From Patescibacteria group bacterium (GTDB lineage Bacteria; Patescibacteriota; Microgenomatia; JAMCZE01), in contig JAMCZE010000004.1 of the NCBI GenBank assembly GCA_023485845.1, forward strand, positions 1,358 to 65,357: DNA of 64,000 bases, read 5' to 3'. Below, piece after piece: positions 47,727 to 55,388 of the stretch. The notes under the pieces are model-generated. The model did no database searches. It had not been told where the DNA came from and worked only from the letters and a program-made list of their open reading frames with translations. The translations under genes and the position numbers were made by a program. Numbering within the stretch: the stretch's first letter is position 1; each line of letters opens with the position of its first letter.

Positions 47727-49052
47727 ATGCGAGTGACTAAATACGTGGTAACCGGGGGAACGCCGCTTCGGGGTGAGGTTCACCTTCATGGAGCTAAAAA
47801 TGCGGGCTTTAAGGCCATGATTGCCTCGCTTTTGGCCGATTCGCCCTCAACCATTTGCGATCTTGGTCTCATTTCGGAAATAGACTTTGCTAAGCAGGTG
47901 ATCACCCAGCTTGGCGGCAAAATAACACCCCAATCCAACCCCCATTGTCTAGAAATTGATCCAACAAATCTAAATTCTTTTTCGGTTGCTAAGGAAATAG
48001 GGGAAAAGTCAAGAGCGTCTAATTTATATGCACCTTCACTATTACATAGGTTCGGAAAGGTTTCATTGCCAGTCCCCGGTGGCGATCAAATTGGAAGGCG
48101 GCCTCTGGAGCGCCACTTTGCAGGACTAGAAGCAATGGGTGCGAAAATAACAATTGCACAGAATGAAATTAGAATAGAGACACCAAATGGCTTGACGGGC
48201 ACGAATTTCCATTTTGCTAAGAATACCCACACCGGTACAGAATTTCTTGTTATGGCAGCTGCTTGGGCTAAGGGAGAAACCATTCTTAGTAATGCTGCTG
48301 CCGAGCCAGAGGTTGATGACCTGATTAAATTTTTAAACTCTATGGGTGGCAATATTAAAAGAGTGGCGGAGAGGACAATCAGAATCTTTGGCGTTGAGCA
48401 CTTTCATGGTGCAAAGCATACAGTAATGCGAGATAGGAATGAGGCCGTTACTTTTGCTTGCGCTTCCCTGGTGACCAATGGGGACATTAAAATCATTGGT
48501 GCCGACCCGACGGTTTTGCAAATCTTGTTGCAAAAGGTTGAAGAAGCCGGTGGAAGGTATGAGATAGGTGAGAACTTTATTCAATTTAGCTTGAAAGGGG
48601 CCCTGAAGCCGACAAAAATCGTTGCCACGCCTTATCCAGGGTTCATGACCGATTGGCAGCCTCTTTGGTCAACAATAATGACACAGGCAGATGGCGAATC
48701 AATTGTTCATGAAACGATTTACGAAAAAAGATTCGATTATGTTCCGAACCTGATCAAAATGGGCGCGAAGATAGATTTTTTTGAACCGGACATTAAAAAC
48801 CCAGATGAAATCTATAATTTCAATTTATCTGATGACACCCACGGAAATAAACACGCAATCAAGATTTATGGGAAGACGTCACTCAAAGGAGTTGAAGTGG
48901 AAATAAGCGATATTCGCAGCGGGGCCACGGCGCTATTGGCGGGAGTGACCGCAGACGGCCAAACAACAGTCATTGATCCCAAGGATCAGATCAAGCGCGG
49001 GTATGAATGTCTCCCCGAGCAACTTGTTTCTCTTGGCGCAAAGATAATATAA
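47727..49052 (+). CDS. murA: UDP-N-acetylglucosamine 1-carboxyvinyltransferase MurA
   Basis: VTGGTPLRGEVHLHGAKNAGFKAM... Confidence 0.9.
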   Translation: MRVTKYVVTGGTPLRGEVHLHGAKNAGFKAMIASLLADSPSTICDLGLISEIDFAKQVITQLGGKITPQSNPHCLEIDPTNLNSFSVAKEIGEKSRASNLYAPSLLHRFGKVSLPVPGGDQIGRRPLERHFAGLEAMGAKITIAQNEIRIETPNGLTGTNFHFAKNTHTGTEFLVMAAAWAKGETILSNAAAEPEVDDLIKFLNSMGGNIKRVAERTIRIFGVEHFHGAKHTVMRDRNEAVTFACASLVTNGDIKIIGADPTVLQILLQKVEEAGGRYEIGENFIQFSLKGALKPTKIVATPYPGFMTDWQPLWSTIMTQADGESIVHETIYEKRFDYVPNLIKMGAKIDFFEPDIKNPDEIYNFNLSDDTHGNKHAIKIYGKTSLKGVEVEISDIRSGATALLAGVTADGQTTVIDPKDQIKRGYECLPEQLVSLGAKII

Positions 49053-49058
49053 TTGCAT

Positions 49059-50072
49059 ATGGCGCAAATTTTAGGGTTATTATTGTTGTCCTTTTTCATC
49101 ACCGCCGTTTTATTGGTTCCCCTCATTGATTTCCTTTATAAACTTCGCCTTAAAAGTACTGACGAAAACAAACGAGTGGACACGATGAATAAACTCACCC
49201 CGATCACGGCTAAACTGCTGGCCCACAAAAACAAGCGGCCGATTGGCGCCGGGGCGTTGGTGGTGGCGGTCACGGCCGTTTTGTCGCTTTGGTCCTATGG
49301 CCTCTTGGGCATTCAGGCCAGTGTGGCGGAGCTATTCATTCTTCTTTTCACCATGCTTTCTTTTGCCCTCTTGGGTCTTTATGATGACGTCCGCAAAAAT
49401 TTTAATAAGGAGAAAACCGGGTTTTTTGGTCTGCGCTGGCGGCACAAACTGTTGATTCAATGCCTTTTGGGCCTATTTATCGGCGCCTTTTTCTGGTTTA
49501 TCCTGCGGTATGATTTTGTGAATATCCATTGGTTTGGGATGTTGGATGTTGGTATTTTATTTATTCCTCTAACCGCCTTTGTGGTGGTGGCGTTTGCCAA
49601 TGCCTATAATATCACCGACGGTCTAGATGGCTTGTCAACGGGAACGCTGCTGATTTGTTTGATTGCCTTTGTTGTTCTCTCATCGCAGCTTCTTCATCCT
49701 TCGCTGGCGCTTTTTATCGCCATCTGGATTGGCTCAATCCTGGCTTTTCTCTACTTTAATATTTATCCCGCCCGAGTGGAGTTGGGGGACACCGGGGCGC
49801 TGGCGTTTGGGGCCACCTTGGCCGTGGTGGGGCTGCTGACGGGCAAGATTTTAGCCTTGGCCGTGATTGGCGGGGTGTTTATCCTGGAGGCCGGCAGTTC
49901 CCTGGTTCAGATGTTGTCAAAGCACTACACCGGCAAAAAATTCTTCGCGGTGGCGCCGTTGCATTTGTGGTTTCGCAATCGCGGCTGGGAAGAACCAAAA
50001 GTGGTCATGCGGGCCTGGCTTGTTGCCGCGCTTTTTGCTATCTTTGGATTGTGGCTAGGGGTAATAAAATAA
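49059..50072 (+). CDS. mraY: Phospho-N-acetylmuramoyl-pentapeptide transferase MraY
   Basis: NAYNITDGLDGLSTG motif and 10 TM helices. The track ORF starts at TTG 49053; the ATG is at 49059. Confidence 0.9.
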   Translation: MAQILGLLLLSFFITAVLLVPLIDFLYKLRLKSTDENKRVDTMNKLTPITAKLLAHKNKRPIGAGALVVAVTAVLSLWSYGLLGIQASVAELFILLFTMLSFALLGLYDDVRKNFNKEKTGFFGLRWRHKLLIQCLLGLFIGAFFWFILRYDFVNIHWFGMLDVGILFIPLTAFVVVAFANAYNITDGLDGLSTGTLLICLIAFVVLSSQLLHPSLALFIAIWIGSILAFLYFNIYPARVELGDTGALAFGATLAVVGLLTGKILALAVIGGVFILEAGSSLVQMLSKHYTGKKFFAVAPLHLWFRNRGWEEPKVVMRAWLVAALFAIFGLWLGVIK

Positions 50073-51115
50073 TTCTCTTTGTCGGGGGGTTTCTCTTGTT
50101 TGGCCTGATGATGGTTTATGAGTCCTCTTCGGCTCAGGCGCTGGCCAGCTTCAATGATAAATATTATTTTCTTAAGGAACAGGTTAAATGGGTGATTTTG
50201 GGACTGTCGGCCGGCACGGTGGCGTTTTTCTTTGACTACCGGCAGCTGCGCCAACTTGCCCTGCCGGCGCTTTTAGCCACCATTTTTTTGCTGATTGCCG
50301 TTTTCTTGCCGGGGATTGGGGTGGCGGCCTATGGGGCCCACCGCTGGATTAACTTGGGGATCACGGTCCTTCAGCCATCGGAGCTGGCTAAGTTAACGCT
50401 GGTCATTTATTTGGCGGCTTGGCTGACCACCAAAGAAAAGAGCCGGCTGGTGTCCTTTTTGCTTTTAATCGGCCTTTTGGTAGGACTAATTATGCTGGAG
50501 CCGGACATGGGAACGGCCATTGTTTTGTTTGGCAGCGCGATGTCGATCTATTTTATCTCCGACAGCGAAATTCTCGGCTTAATCTATCTTTTGCCTTTGA
50601 TGGTTTTAGGAGCCGTTGGGCTGGCGATTAAATCCCCTTATCGGCTCAAGCGGATCACCACTTTTTTTGACCCGGAATCCGATCCGCTTGGCGCCTCCTA
50701 TCACATTCGCCAGGCCTTAATTGCCCTGGGCAGCGGGGGATTGTTTGGTCTGGGGCTGGGCAACTCCCGGCAAAAATATTCCTATCTGCCGGAAGCGACC
50801 AGCGACTCCATATTTGCTATTATTGGTGAAGAACTTGGCCTCATTGGCGCGGCGGTGTTGATTTTTGCCTACGGCTATTTTCTCTACCAGTGTTTGAAAT
50901 TGACCCTGGAAGTCAAAGACGTTTTCGGGCGGTTTTTGGGGATGGGGATTATCTTTTGGTTGGGAATTCAAGTGGTGGTTAATTTGGCCTCGATGGTCGC
51001 CCTAATTCCTTTAACCGGCGTGCCGCTGCCGTTTATCTCTTACGGCGGCTCCGCGTTAGTTGTAGAATTAGTTGGCATCGGCATCCTGGGCAACATCTGG
51101 AAACAAAACTTATGA
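50051..51115 (+). CDS. ftsW: SEDS-family peptidoglycan glycosyltransferase FtsW
   Basis: SEDS fold motifs (QPSELAKL, PLPFISYGGS); GTG start placed before the first TM helix, overlapping the mraY end. Confidence 0.85.
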   Translation: MARGNKIILFVGGFLLFGLMMVYESSSAQALASFNDKYYFLKEQVKWVILGLSAGTVAFFFDYRQLRQLALPALLATIFLLIAVFLPGIGVAAYGAHRWINLGITVLQPSELAKLTLVIYLAAWLTTKEKSRLVSFLLLIGLLVGLIMLEPDMGTAIVLFGSAMSIYFISDSEILGLIYLLPLMVLGAVGLAIKSPYRLKRITTFFDPESDPLGASYHIRQALIALGSGGLFGLGLGNSRQKYSYLPEATSDSIFAIIGEELGLIGAAVLIFAYGYFLYQCLKLTLEVKDVFGRFLGMGIIFWLGIQVVVNLASMVALIPLTGVPLPFISYGGSALVVELVGIGILGNIWKQNL

Positions 51116-52200
51116 AAAAGATTTTTATCACCGGGGGACATTTTGCGCCGGCGAAAGCAGTGATTCAAGAGTTGAGCAAAAGGGCAAGTTGGGAGATCTT
51201 TTATCTTGGCCGCAAGCACAGCATGGAAGATGACAAAGCGGTGGCCTTGGAATATTCGGAAATTCAGGCCATGCAAAATGTCACCTATTTAACTATCACT
51301 ACTGGCCGGCTCCAGCGGCAATTTTTTGTCAACGTTTTTCAATCGGTGAAAGCAGTTTTAAAGGTCGTGATCGGCCTGACTCAATCCCCGTTTTGGCTGA
51401 TTAAATATCGGCCCAATGTGATTCTTTCTTTTGGCGGCTATGTGGCCGTGCCGGTGGTTTTCTGGGCTTGGGTGTTTCGCCTTAAAATTTTTACCCACGA
51501 ACAAACCACGGTTTATGGCCGGTCCAATAAATTCATTTCCCTTCTGGCCGATAAAATTCTGGTCTCCTGGCCGGAAAGCCTCCAGCATTTTCCCGCCAAT
51601 CGCGTTATCTTAACCGGCAATCCTCTCCGCGAAGAAATTCTTCGCCAACGACCAACGGCCAACGACCAACGGCCAACGATTTATGTCACCGGGGGAAGTC
51701 AAGGAGCGCATGTAATTAATATTGCCATTGAAAAAATTCTGCCGGAACTGGTGAAAAAATATCAGGTTATTTACCAAACCGGCGATGCCGGCCGCTATCA
51801 TGATTATGAACGGCTGGTAAAGTTAGAATCAAAACGTTATATCGTTCGGCGGCAGTTTAGTGGATTGGAGAGTGCTGACGCTCTTGCCAAAGCCACCTTA
51901 ATCATCAGCCGGGCGGGAGCCAACACCGTTTGTGAAATTCTGGCGCTGGGGAAGATGGCAATTTTAATTCCCCTGCCCTATTCTTTTGAACATGAACAGG
52001 AGAAGAATGGGCAGATGGTGGCCGGCGCCGGCCTGGGTGAAGTTTTGCCCCAGGAGGATTTAACCCCCAAAAAACTACTTTCGTTAATTGAGGATATGCT
52101 GACAAATAAAGACCGTTATCTTTCCCACGTCTCTTCCGCCAAAAAACTCGTCTCTCTCTCCGCCGCCCAAAAAATCGTCGAAGAGTTGGGAAAAACCTGA
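51112..52200 (+). CDS. murG: UDP-GlcNAc:undecaprenyl-PP-MurNAc-pentapeptide GlcNAc transferase MurG
   Basis: MKKIFITGGHFAPA..., GGSQGA motif. Confidence 0.85.
   Translation: MKKIFITGGHFAPAKAVIQELSKRASWEIFYLGRKHSMEDDKAVALEYSEIQAMQNVTYLTITTGRLQRQFFVNVFQSVKAVLKVVIGLTQSPFWLIKYRPNVILSFGGYVAVPVVFWAWVFRLKIFTHEQTTVYGRSNKFISLLADKILVSWPESLQHFPANRVILTGNPLREEILRQRPTANDQRPTIYVTGGSQGAHVINIAIEKILPELVKKYQVIYQTGDAGRYHDYERLVKLESKRYIVRRQFSGLESADALAKATLIISRAGANTVCEILALGKMAILIPLPYSFEHEQEKNGQMVAGAGLGEVLPQEDLTPKKLLSLIEDMLTNKDRYLSHVSSAKKLVSLSAAQKIVEELGKT
51645..51679. repeat. Tandem repeat (CCAACGR)x5 inside murG (encodes QRPTANDQRPT)
   Basis: ccaacgaccaacggccaacgaccaacggccaacga. Confidence 0.85.
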
Positions 52201-52219
52201 TCACACACCTAGTGTGTGA
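52201..52219. promoter_or_regulatory. Perfect palindrome TCACACAC-cta-GTGTGTGA immediately after the murG stop
   Basis: 8-bp inverted repeat with 3-nt spacer; no T-run follows; lies upstream of the small gene at 52225. Confidence 0.4.
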
Positions 52220-52224
52220 GAACA

Positions 52225-52584
52225 ATGATAAAAAAGAAAATAGTCATTATTGCTATTATTTTGCTTGCTGTTGCCGGAATAATTTTTTGGCAGCGGGAGA
52301 GGATTTGGCCGCAGCACACAATGAAAGCGGCGGTGAGCCAGGGAGATGTGACTGGTGCCCTGGTGGGGCAACTGGAAGCAGTCGGTTTTGTCCCCCAACA
52401 AGCGCCATTGGTTTTGGGCGACGCTGTTATTGCCACCGTTTCCGGCATTAAAGTCTACTTTTCCCGCGACAAGGACTTCGCCACCCAAGTGCGCTCTTTA
52501 CAACTGCTTCTGTCGCGCCGTACAATAGAAGCAATGCCGGCGGAGATTGACCTGAGATTTACAAAGGCGGTTTTAAGATTTTAA
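52225..52584 (+). CDS. Small membrane-anchored protein in the FtsQ/DivIB position (too short for a full FtsQ)
   Basis: MIKKKIVIIAIILLAVAGIIFW TM anchor followed by about 90 aa of soluble domain; sits between murG and ftsA. Confidence 0.45.
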   Translation: MIKKKIVIIAIILLAVAGIIFWQRERIWPQHTMKAAVSQGDVTGALVGQLEAVGFVPQQAPLVLGDAVIATVSGIKVYFSRDKDFATQVRSLQLLLSRRTIEAMPAEIDLRFTKAVLRF

Positions 52585-52585
52585 G

Positions 52586-53887
52586 ATGGCCCGAGACAAA
52601 ATTATCACGGCGATTGACGTTGGTTCCTCAAAGGTGACCACGGTTATCGCCAGCAATTTGAAAGAAGACAAGCTGTCCGTGATTGGCGTTTCCACTATTC
52701 CCTCAAAGGGCCTTCGCAAGGGCCAAATCGTGGACATCGAAGAGTCGGTGGCCGCCATTTCCCAAAGCGTCGAAGCGGCGGAGCGGATGGCCGGGCTGTC
52801 AGTGGGGTCCGCCTATGTTTCCATCGGCGGGGCCCATATTACCAGCCAAAATAGCAAAGGAGTGGTGGCGGTGGCTAACCCCGAGGGGGAAATCACTTCG
52901 GAAGATGTCCATCGGGTGGTGGAGGCGGCCCGGGCGGTTTCCCTGCCATCATCGCGGGAAATCCTTCATGTTTTGCCGCGGGATTTTGTGGTTGACGGCC
53001 AGGCGGGCATTAAAGACCCCCTGGGAATGACCGGCGTGCGCCTCGAAGTGGACACGCAAATTGTCACCGGCTCAACCACGGCGATTCGCAACTTGGCCAA
53101 ATGTGTCGGGGAAGTGGGGGTGGACATCGAGTCCTTGGTTTTCTCCGGTTTGGCGGCCTCCACGGCTGTTTTATCGGACACAGAAAAAGAACTGGGTGTC
53201 ATCTTAGTGGACATCGGGGCGGGCACCACCGATGTGGCCATTTGGGTGGACGGCGCCCTGTCCTATTCGGCGGTTTTGCCGGTGGGGGCTAGAAACGTGA
53301 CTAATGACATTGCCGTCGGCCTACGAGTGAGCCTGGAAAGCGCCGAGAAAATAAAGTTATTACTGTCAGAGAAACCCAGACCAATGGAAGCGGTGAAAGC
53401 GGCCGATGAGGTGGATTTGTCCGGTCTGGGGTTGACGGAGGATGTTAAAAAAATCTCCCGCAAAACCCTGACTGAAGGCATTATTAAGCCGCGCCTTTTG
53501 GAAATTTTCACCTTTGTGGGGATGGAAATTCAAAAAAGCGGCTTTGGAGGTATGACCCCCTCTGGCGTGGTGGTCACGGGCGGGGGAGCGGAAACGGTGG
53601 GCATTTTGGAAGCTTGCCGGACCCGGTTGGTGATGCCCTGCCGGGTGGGCAGTCCCTTTGCAGTGGGAACCAACGAAGAAATTCGCCTGACCGGGCTAAC
53701 CGATGAACTTAATTCTCCAATGTTTTCCAGCGCGGTGGGACTGATCCTTTATAACACTCTGGGGCTGGAAGAAACCAAATTGGATTCCGGACCGAAGATT
53801 TCGTTGCCGAAGGTCTCCTTGCCAAAGTTGCCGGCCTTTGGTAAGATGACCCAAATTACTAAACTTCTCAAATCGTTTCTGCCCTAG
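52586..53887 (+). CDS. ftsA: Cell division protein FtsA
   Basis: Actin-fold motifs (IITAIDVGSSKV, VDIGAGTTDVAI). Confidence 0.9.
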   Translation: MARDKIITAIDVGSSKVTTVIASNLKEDKLSVIGVSTIPSKGLRKGQIVDIEESVAAISQSVEAAERMAGLSVGSAYVSIGGAHITSQNSKGVVAVANPEGEITSEDVHRVVEAARAVSLPSSREILHVLPRDFVVDGQAGIKDPLGMTGVRLEVDTQIVTGSTTAIRNLAKCVGEVGVDIESLVFSGLAASTAVLSDTEKELGVILVDIGAGTTDVAIWVDGALSYSAVLPVGARNVTNDIAVGLRVSLESAEKIKLLLSEKPRPMEAVKAADEVDLSGLGLTEDVKKISRKTLTEGIIKPRLLEIFTFVGMEIQKSGFGGMTPSGVVVTGGGAETVGILEACRTRLVMPCRVGSPFAVGTNEEIRLTGLTDELNSPMFSSAVGLILYNTLGLEETKLDSGPKISLPKVSLPKLPAFGKMTQITKLLKSFLP

Positions 53888-53900
53888 AGAAAGTTACTAA

Positions 53901-55052
53901 ATGCTGATTAAACCAGACCTAACCAGGTTTGCCAAAATTAAGGTGGTGGGAGTGGGCGGCGGCGGCGGAAACGCGGTGGCCTCCATGGTGAACGCCGGAA
54001 CCATTAAAGGTGTGGATTTTGTGGCCGTCAACACCGACGCCCAGGTGCTTTTAACTAATCCAGCAACCACAAAGATTCAGATTGGGGAAAACCTCACCCG
54101 GGGGTTGGGGTCCGGCGGCAGTCCGGAGATCGGCCAAAAGGCGGCGGAAGAATCGGCCAAAAAAATTGAAGAAAAAATTGCCGACGCGGATATGATTTTT
54201 GTGGCCGCCGGGATGGGCGGCGGCACAGGCACTGGCGCTTCCTCGGTGATTGCCGACATTGCCAAAAAAGCCGGAGTGCTCACGGTGGGGGTGGTCACCA
54301 AACCGTTTGCTTTTGAAGGGACGGCCCGCAGTGTTATTGCCGAAGAGGGGATCGCGACGTTAAAAGACAAGGTTGATGCTTTAATTGTGATCCCTAACCA
54401 GCGGATTTTGGAAACGGTGGACAAGAAAGTGACTCTTTTGGAAGCTTTCCGGATGGCCGACTCGGTGTTAACCGCTTCCGTTCAGGGTATTTCCGATTTA
54501 ATTGTCATGCCGGGACTGATTAACCGGGATTTTGCCGACGTTAAATCAATTATGGCCAATGCCGGCTCGGCCCTAATGGGCATTGGCATCGGGACCGGGG
54601 AAAATCGGGCGGGATCGGCAGCCCGGCAGGCGATTTCTTCCCCGCTTTTGGAACTGACGATTGACGGGGCCAAAGGGGTGCTGTTTAACATCATCGGCGG
54701 ACCGGATCTGACGATGGCGGAAGTGGACGAAGCGGCCAAGATTATTGCCAATGCCGCCGACCCCGATGCCAAGGTGATTTTCGGAGCCACCATTGATGAT
54801 TCGCTGGTTGATCAACTAAAAATCACGGTGATTGCTACCGGTTTTGATGAAAACCGCCAGCGGCTGCGGGAACTGCGCTATGAACGGCCGGTGGCGGCTA
54901 CTCCTACGGCTCCTGCCGTTGGCCAACGGCAACAAACACCGCCGGAACCGCCGGAAAAACCGGAACCCGAAGAACAACCGACCCCCGGTGTCCCGTTCGA
55001 TGAATTCGGCGACGAGTTCGACATCCCCGCCTTCTTGCGAAAAGGAAAGTGA
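53901..55052 (+). CDS. ftsZ: Cell division GTPase FtsZ
   Basis: GVGGGGGNAV and GGGTGTGA tubulin signature; C-terminal DIPAFLRK. Confidence 0.95.
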   Translation: MLIKPDLTRFAKIKVVGVGGGGGNAVASMVNAGTIKGVDFVAVNTDAQVLLTNPATTKIQIGENLTRGLGSGGSPEIGQKAAEESAKKIEEKIADADMIFVAAGMGGGTGTGASSVIADIAKKAGVLTVGVVTKPFAFEGTARSVIAEEGIATLKDKVDALIVIPNQRILETVDKKVTLLEAFRMADSVLTASVQGISDLIVMPGLINRDFADVKSIMANAGSALMGIGIGTGENRAGSAARQAISSPLLELTIDGAKGVLFNIIGGPDLTMAEVDEAAKIIANAADPDAKVIFGATIDDSLVDQLKITVIATGFDENRQRLRELRYERPVAATPTAPAVGQRQQTPPEPPEKPEPEEQPTPGVPFDEFGDEFDIPAFLRKGK

Positions 55053-55064
55053 TACAATTAACTA

Positions 55065-55379
55065 ATGATCGAGAAAATAACAGGGTATAGTTTATTAGCC
55101 GTGGGCATTGCGGCGATTGTGTTTGCCGCGTTTAATGTCTACTTCGTTTTTACCAAGCAAGCTCTACCGATTCAGGTTTTTAATTTCCCGGCGGTTTCCA
55201 TGGAACTGGTGCCGGGAACAAAGCCGGTGGAGCTGGTCTCCGCCGACATGCTCAACCAATCATCCAATCTTCTTGCCCACCTGCTCTTAATGGGTTTTAT
55301 CGCCAGCATTGGCCAAAAACTCGCTTCCTTGGGTGTCCAACTTCTCCGCCCGATTGTGGTGAAGGTTAAAGAGGGGTAA
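55065..55379 (+). CDS. Small membrane protein (2 TM helices), hypothetical
   Basis: 104 aa; TACAAT-like -10 just upstream. Confidence 0.4.
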   Translation: MIEKITGYSLLAVGIAAIVFAAFNVYFVFTKQALPIQVFNFPAVSMELVPGTKPVELVSADMLNQSSNLLAHLLLMGFIASIGQKLASLGVQLLRPIVVKVKEG

Positions 55380-55388
55380 AATTGCTTC

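Noticed and set aside
53940-53965. GGCGGCGGCGGCGG run in ftsZ as a tandem repeat element
   Set aside because: It simply encodes the conserved glycine-rich GVGGGGGNA tubulin motif.
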